Part shown: positions 22,069 to 28,847 of the stretch, piece by piece | How positions within the stretch are numbered: the first letter of the stretch is position 1 | Layout: each line of letters opens with the position of its first letter | The notes under the pieces: model-generated | The model's database searches: none | Seen by the model: the letters and a program-made list of their open reading frames with translations, nothing else | What the model was told of the DNA's origin: nothing | Origin: Raillietiella orientalis | Taxonomy: Eukaryota | Assembly (NCBI GenBank): GCA_036172245.1 | Contig: JAYWIR010000024.1 | Location: 3,100,001 to 3,128,847, forward strand | Reading direction: 5' to 3' | DNA length: 28,847 nt | Program-made: the position numbers and the translations under genes

Positions 22069-23247
22069 CTAACCGAATTGGGTTTGTAAGATTGGTCACG
22101 AGACTCCCTGAAGTTTTCCATCAATTTACACAAACATAAGCTTTGTCATTTCTCAATTTCTAAGCACGAATGATACAACCCTTCAACATTTTCAACTCAG
22201 AGTTCCTTATTTCCATAATGCATGCGTTCCAGAAATTCCTCTATTCGTCATATTTTCCTTTTAAAACTGCTTGTTGATGCGCTTTTCATGGCATCATATT
22301 GCTTTTACGAGTGGCACATTTTCGGGTAACCTCCCCAGAATGCTTTCTCTTATACCGTACAAAAACAAGGAGAACAGCTCGCGCGTCTTCAACATCACGG
22401 ATCTGACTTTCTATGCATAGTATTTCGCATCTATTCAATTGCCAGACTGCTGCTCTCTGCTCCATCAGATTCAAAGGAAACTTCCAAGGCTACAAGTGCA
22501 AATGGCCTCTGTAGTCAAACGTCGGACTATTTTGACCTTTTTTTGTAAATATTTCTTACGCATAAATATTTAGTGTACTATAACGTTGAATTTTTATTTG
22601 AAAGTTCGCATTTTCTTTAGTAGAATACTTTAGTTGGAGCCGCTTTATAATTGTCAATTTCCGTATATCTAGTCATTCGTTCATGATTTTGCTCACTGAA
22701 ATTAGCAATTGAAAATGACGTTTGGATAAAAAGTAGTTGCGCAAAACATTCTTTGAGTCGAACGCATTCAATGAAACACCCGAGACTGACTGATTTTCAA
22801 TTGAATGACGAATATTTCGCACATTTGCCTATCCCGTTAAGATTTCGATTTTTCTTCCTCACTTCTATGAAAAAACAGAATAAACACGAAAAGTGAACTT
22901 GTCGTTGTGAAAGTGAAAGAACAAGCCAAAAAAAATAGCAATTGGTGCAACTTTTATTTGAAATAAGGTGGCACCTGTGAAATTGCCAGAAAAAGAAGTG
23001 CGGGAATTGAAATATCTTTTGGGAGGTGTGTATTTGATTCTGACACGACAAAACGAATTCATCACTGCTTGATTCGTGCATTGTGAATGCCCTGTTTTTG
23101 CTTGCCCCTTTCGTGTGTTGATTTAGTAGTGGATGTGAAAGTGGTATGTCGCTTGTTAGTGATCTCGAAGAAAGTTTGCGTTGAAGATTGTTGTTGTGGA
23201 CGGAAGTAACTTTTTTTTTCCCGGAAAGAACAACCTTGTAAAACAAA

Positions 23248-24624
23248 ATGGGCAAGAAATTTTCCATGGAGAAAGCCGCCTCAATCCCGGCAAAGTCCCC
23301 GAGAGCTTCTAGCAGTTCAAGTCAGGAGACTGGGGATAGTAACGTCCAGGTAGATGTATCCCTCATTGAGAACGAAGACGAGAAAATGTTGAAAGAGATG
23401 GATGCAATTCGCTATCCGCTGGCCTACTCACCAAGAGTAGAAATTGAAAGATACGTTCCACTTCCAATGGAAAGCATGTCCTCCAATTACTCTTCCACCG
23501 TTGACATTAGTGAGATGGGAAGCATAACCCCCTTGAAGGCCGGAAAGGCATTGAGATTTGATGCGTATTCTGCAGACCTGATCACACCCCAATCCTGTGA
23601 AACCTCTTCCATAACAAAGTCACGTATTCCTTCTTCACATTCTCCCAACATTTCTTGTGTAACTAACACTGATTTTTTAAGCATTGTTGAAAAAATGAAA
23701 AGATCCAGAAGTTCAGCATCTATGCTAGATGTGAAATGCCAGTCTCCAAAAGACTTTTCCGAACCCACCAAGCAAAGTCATTATTTTACCAGACAATCAG
23801 TTCATTCAGAGGCTGAACGTGCAGCTGACATTTCCCAGAAAAGCCGTCTTGATACATTGGTGAGAAGTCCTGCCTCCCAAAGGTCAAGTGTTGCACAGGA
23901 ACACCCAAATCCCCCAAAATCGAAAGCACTTCATTCTTCAGTTGCATCTCAGCATTTCCTTTTTGAAGAATCAGAAACGTTAGCTGCTTCAAGTGTTCAT
24001 ATTGCACGAAACTCCACCGAATTTGCAAGTATTGGAAGTGCAGGATCCACACTAGTTCAGATGGATGCCAAATTGAGATCACCAGCAAGAAAGACAAAAG
24101 AGAAGACTGTGCTGCAGGTGAAGTCCAATAACCTCACTAACCCACAGCTGTCAGTTGATGTAAGGAAGAGGAATAAACTTGCAACTACCATCAAATCTTC
24201 CAGGAAAGCTTCCAAGAAAAGATCTGATGATGATGAATTTGATACATTTACTTTTTTGAAGGCACATATGCTAAAAACATTCACAAAGTCATTTATTGCC
24301 GATTTAGCTTCAGAGTTACATTTGGATAAAGATGCTTTGAATCTTTTGGTGGAAGTTATACATAAAATGTGTTTAAATGGGTTGAACAGTATGATGCAAT
24401 ATGCACTTGAAGACTGTCGACTTGACATTCAACCAGTAGATGCCATTAGACTGTTATATGAGAAAGGCTTCATAAAATCCAAGTGGGATTTTTTCCAGCT
24501 CTGTTCCAAGTATTTACCATGGGCTCATGCTGAAAAATTGTTACCTAAAACTTCCACCGATGAAAATGCGATTGGTTTGGACTGGCAACAGATGAAGTGG
24601 GGTGATGTCGATTTATCCAAATAA
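23248..24624 (+). CDS. CENPT: Probable centromere protein T (CENP-T/Cnn1/Cnp20-like), 458 aa, single coding exon
   Basis: The longest ORF in the window, with a good start context (aaacaaaATGg). About 330 aa of Ser-rich low-complexity N-terminus with S/T-P sites. The C-terminus LHLDKDALNLLVEVIHKMC..LNSMMQYALEDCRLDIQPVDAIRLLYEKGFI..DFFQLCSKYLPWAHAEKLLP follows the CENP-T histone fold and its diagnostic extension pattern (A.HA.R.T...ED..LL..RQG.......L....LP.E....L.P). Confidence 0.75.
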   Translation: MGKKFSMEKAASIPAKSPRASSSSSQETGDSNVQVDVSLIENEDEKMLKEMDAIRYPLAYSPRVEIERYVPLPMESMSSNYSSTVDISEMGSITPLKAGKALRFDAYSADLITPQSCETSSITKSRIPSSHSPNISCVTNTDFLSIVEKMKRSRSSASMLDVKCQSPKDFSEPTKQSHYFTRQSVHSEAERAADISQKSRLDTLVRSPASQRSSVAQEHPNPPKSKALHSSVASQHFLFEESETLAASSVHIARNSTEFASIGSAGSTLVQMDAKLRSPARKTKEKTVLQVKSNNLTNPQLSVDVRKRNKLATTIKSSRKASKKRSDDDEFDTFTFLKAHMLKTFTKSFIADLASELHLDKDALNLLVEVIHKMCLNGLNSMMQYALEDCRLDIQPVDAIRLLYEKGFIKSKWDFFQLCSKYLPWAHAEKLLPKTSTDENAIGLDWQQMKWGDVDLSK

Positions 24625-27600
24625 GTGGATTTTATTGCAGATTATATTACTTTAATACGGCTGTGCATGAAGTTATGATGGCGAAAACAAAGATATTTCT
24701 TCATGCCTTGTTTGAAGTAAATAATAGAATTTAACTTATTCTTTACTTGGAAACAGCATAAATGAACACCGGAGAGATCCATTTACAGATCGGTCTACAT
24801 TTTGCCAATTACAAGTGCGAGCTCCTACTAAACTACTAAGTAAATTATCAGGTTCATGATCCCCATTCTTCGTCAATGGCAAGAGCTCCATGCGTTCATT
24901 GCACTACTCTTCTACCATTGACGGATGAGCAGTATGCAGAAAGGAACTAATTTGAAAACAAAACCGAACGAGTAGTGCGCTTCAGTTCAATTAAAGAATG
25001 CAATGCAGTGCACTCGTGCTAATTTTCATCATTGTGCTCGTCTGACTTTTCAACCCCTGAAATTTGTAAAAACCGGAGGCTTAGTCTTCGCGAAAAAATC
25101 CTTTTTTTGTTCGTCTTCCTTTCGTTTTCCGTTCCTGTCAACACCATCTTCGTCTTCACGGCAACTGCTTCTTCGTCCCACATCTTGGTTTGCCGCTTTT
25201 CACTTTTTTCCACCTTCTTCGGTTGACTCATCCCGTTTGTCTGCTCCCTCCCCTCCGTTCGTCAGTCAGCTCCCTTCCTTCCTCCTGCTCACCTGCTTTT
25301 TTTCACGTTCGATTCCTCCGCCGCCGCCGCCATCTCTCTGTCTTCCGAGTCACTTTTCTTTGCCTTTCTTTCTTTTGCCCCCTTTCCTTCCCGTTTCCAC
25401 CCCTTCCTCCCTTGTGCCAGTCCGATTCTCTAAAACGCATCTTTCCTGGTTTTGTTTTATTCTTCTCTGGAACGGCCCCCGTCCGTCCAGATGGGAACTT
25501 TCTCACTTTCCCGTCATCCGGCGCCACGCCTCCGATTCCTGAAAACGAAAAGTCTGACTTGCCCGCATGCCACTCCCTCAGCTTACCCACACCACCACGA
25601 GAGGTGGCTCGGAGAGCGTGCACGCATCCCTCCCCACTCCCATGGGAAGGATATGGACGGACGTGTGGTGCCCCCCGACACCACACAGCCCGGCTGCTCT
25701 TCTCTTTGAGGTCCGCATCAGGGGAGCGCCTCCAGGTGTGCGCGATCAGCCCTGCGATCTGGAAACGGACGCAGCAAAGTTCGAGAATCCCCAGGCACGT
25801 GCACCTACCTCCTTCCTCAAGATGCAGAGGGTGGCTGCTGCCCCCACACCGCACGCCAGCCAGGTCTTGAGAGACGGCATGGCTTCCAAGCAGGAAATAG
25901 GAGCTGGCAGAGCACAGGATCAATTTCGCGTGGAGGAAATCCCTTCAGCTTCTCGGTCCTTTTCTTTTTTTTTTTTTTTGGAATGGAGCGTATCCTAGGA
26001 AACGATCTCGGCTAACGTGGGCTTCGTCTGCCGAGTGGCACTGGTGAGTTACGCGCTGCCCATTTGCGTGGCGATGTCGATGCTCAAGGATTCCCATCTA
26101 GGATGCAAGAAGAGCGAAAGCAAAAACTAATACCGTGGCTTCCGGACACCCGAAATCTCGGAAGGCTCTTCCCTGTTTTCCCCTTCTTTTCCCCTTCTTG
26201 CCAAACCATTCTGATCGTTTCCTTCGTTCCGCCATCTTCTTTCGCTCTGCCTGTCGCTTTTTCTCCTTCCAACGACCAGCCTCCCTTTCTTCATAACCTT
26301 CTTAACTTTATTCCTAGGTCTCTCATCGTACCCCTATTTTATCCCGCTTTTTCATCCCCCTGCCTTTTTCCGCGTCTTCATTATCAGAGCAGTTTCATCC
26401 CCTGCTTCCCTCTTTTTGTTGCCTACCCAGTTTTCTCAATTACTGAAGAATGTTGCTCTATTCCCTTCCCACAATTCTTTTGGCGCGAGGATTTGCTCCG
26501 AGACTTTTTATTATCCACCTTGCAAAATACAGAAGGTACAAGAAGAACACTTTTCGTATTCACGCTGTTCCGCAGCTGCTCTTCTTTCCTTCATGAATCT
26601 TTCTCAAGAACACGGAGCGAATTCTGCAGCCATGGGGAAACTTCAGTGGTTGCGGATACGAGGAGACGCTGAAAAGCTTCGGGATACCGCAATCTTCCTG
26701 CGGGTGCACTCCCATTCGCCGCTCATTCTACTCAGCTTCATGACGGTGTCATGTGGAGAGCGAGGTTTCCTCATGAGTCGCTGTCACGTGGCTGTTTGCA
26801 ATGGCGCACAGCAACCACAAATATCCATTTCGCGAGTTGCGCTTGGCGACTGCATTTCCGCCTGAATCCATCGCGATCGGTTTCCGTAAGCAAGTCAGCA
26901 GTCGACTGCGGTCATGTTGTTTCTTCTGGTGTTTCGGTTCCTCGTGCACTAATGCACCCATTGAATTTTGTGCATCATGTCTGGAAAGGGTGGTCTGTGG
27001 CCAAGTCGTGCCCATTTCAACATGAAAGATTACGGATGTCTGAAAGGACGCTTCCAAGTGTGCTGATAGGAAGCGCCTACAAAGGAGTCTGAAGCAGGGG
27101 CCGCGTCCTTTCCAAAACGAAAAAGCGTATTCGTAGGAGGAAAGAGGCCAGTAGCGGAGGGCGGAAGTACAAAGGAGGGAAGAATTAAAGGCTGCTTCGG
27201 TGCTGGATGGTCGACTTTTGGTGCAAATACCGCGTAATCGATAGCAACAAAGTTCTCTCCAATTTTCCATTGGCGACTTCAGGTGCCGTCGTGTGTTCAC
27301 CTCGCTTCGGTGCAGGTGGATGGCGGTATTGCGTCCTCGCAAATCTCACCTCCGAGAAGTGTTGCAGGAAACCTTGGACTACAACCTTCCTCTCATCGTT
27401 CCACCACAAGAAAAAGGCGATGCAACCCCATGTCAGTTGAAAACGGAGTTCCCTCTTTCACAGTGGACTGTTTGCTCTCGTGCGTGCTCTGCCCTCAGTT
27501 CCTCATCTGGATTGCTCTTCGCGGATTAGGTCAACCGCTTTGAAAAAATGGAATCACGATGGGCAACCGCTGAAAAAAGCGACCCCACGCTGTTGATGTC

Positions 27601-28847
27601 TTTTCGTTGGGGCGAGCGGTGCCCCCCCTGACCGCCTACGTCCTTCTGCAATCAGGAAAACCGGATGCTTCGTCCACTGGCGTCGGAATTGTGCACGCCA
27701 TTGCGAAGGTATTGACGTGCGGCTACACTGGCAGAACTGGCATCGCAGCGCTTGCATTGCATGTCCGTGGGAAAGGCAAACATTCCACTCAGTTTTTATC
27801 TTCCGACGAAAGAGGATGTTGTTCAAGCGCTGCGCACGACCCCAAATCCCGTCTCTTGGTTGCAGGAAGGTTGGTTGCCTTTTCTTTTTAATTCCAGAAA
27901 GGAGGTAGAGCTAACCGTTCGCCATCGCACTAGCCGGGAGGAACACAAAGAGTCACTTCTCTTTGTGTTGCTTTCTTCCGAGGACTGAGAAAGAGTGGGA
28001 AACGTTGCAGTGTTTCTCAATTGATTGGAAACAGAATTTTGAAATGGGAGGACAGGAGTCTCTTGGAATCGTGGGGTTATGCACAATCCTTTATGGAAGA
28101 CAATGGACAGGATGATCGAAAACGTTCAACTCTTCTCCATCACAGGGAGGAAATCCTCAACAACGGAAGCTCTGGACCAGGAGCGGAGGAAGCAGCCACG
28201 CAAGGTTCCAGGAACCGCATGGCGTGAAGCTTGCACGACTGCCGGTACGTGGGAACGGTCGCGGAAGCAACGGGGAGAAAGGCGGGTTGGGTTTTTGTTG
28301 CTAAAGAGAAGCCTCTTTAGGAGGTTTGCGTTGCCTCTCACCTCGCTGCAATGGTGGATGCAGAGCAAATCGGAGGCGATTGGTCGCCGAAGGGCAACTC
28401 ACCGGCAGCTGGTGCTCGACGCACAGATTTGCGCGCGACACGCTAGGTCACTGTTATGCACCACCGTCCGCGAACATCCGCGCTTTTTCTACTCTCCGAT
28501 TGCTGTCGATGATCCCGCTGAGCGACAGGCGCCACTCCCGGTCGTTCGTCTTCTTCGACGAGTCCGCATCCTTTCTCAGAGACGTGGCTGGCGTCCAGTT
28601 GGACGTGAGGATTCGACAAGCCCAACAAAGTCCGCATCGTTCGAACACCGGTGTCCAGGGTTGTTTCCGCACACTGTTCTCGCACTCCTATCTTCTTCCC
28701 TCCGCTTGCACCTCCTCGTTTCCCTCCAGCGCCCTCCCCCCCCTTTAAGAGCTTCTCATGCGTCATGAAGGATGCCTTCTTTGCAGTTCCCGCGCCGACT
28801 GTCGCCGACGCCCGCTAAAGTCAGGTCGCAACGGGCGCCTTCATTTC

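Noticed and set aside
22286..22563. Possible divergently transcribed CENP-W-like small basic ORF upstream of the CENP-T-like gene
   Set aside because: It needs a frameshift to join MRKKYLQKK... to LMEQRAAVW..., and the resemblance is only compositional. A profile search would be needed.
25003..26672. Phe/Ser/Pro/Leu-rich ORFs and weak LINE-like words (FPGFVLFFSG, VRIRGAPPGV)
   Set aside because: They are explained by long pyrimidine-rich low-complexity tracts. The motifs are too short and lie in different frames.

Overview
Eukaryotic (invertebrate animal-like) genomic DNA with spliceosomal introns. GC-rich at the left end and visibly AT-rich around 22-25 kb. Supported content: (1) the last four exons (+) of a highly divergent Cys-loop ligand-gated ion channel of the GABA/glycine/GluCl-type lineage, with a non-canonical M2 pore. 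(2) An intronless 458-aa ORF (+) with a long S/T-P-rich disordered N-terminus and a C-terminal CENP-T-type histone fold plus extension, i.e. a probable kinetochore CENP-T/Cnn1 homologue. (3) A TA-flanked fold-back mariner derivative made of two transposase 3' ends. (4) Four 5'-truncated L1/Tx1-like LINE copies that end in a shared hairpin-like motif rather than a poly(A) tail; two have target-site duplications and two share an apparent gene-conversion tract. (5) Two copies of a tRNA-derived repeat with a doubled T-arm/B-box head. (6) Mini- and microsatellites. Most of the short overlapping ORFs in the track look spurious. All family assignments come from motif recognition by eye; no searches were run.
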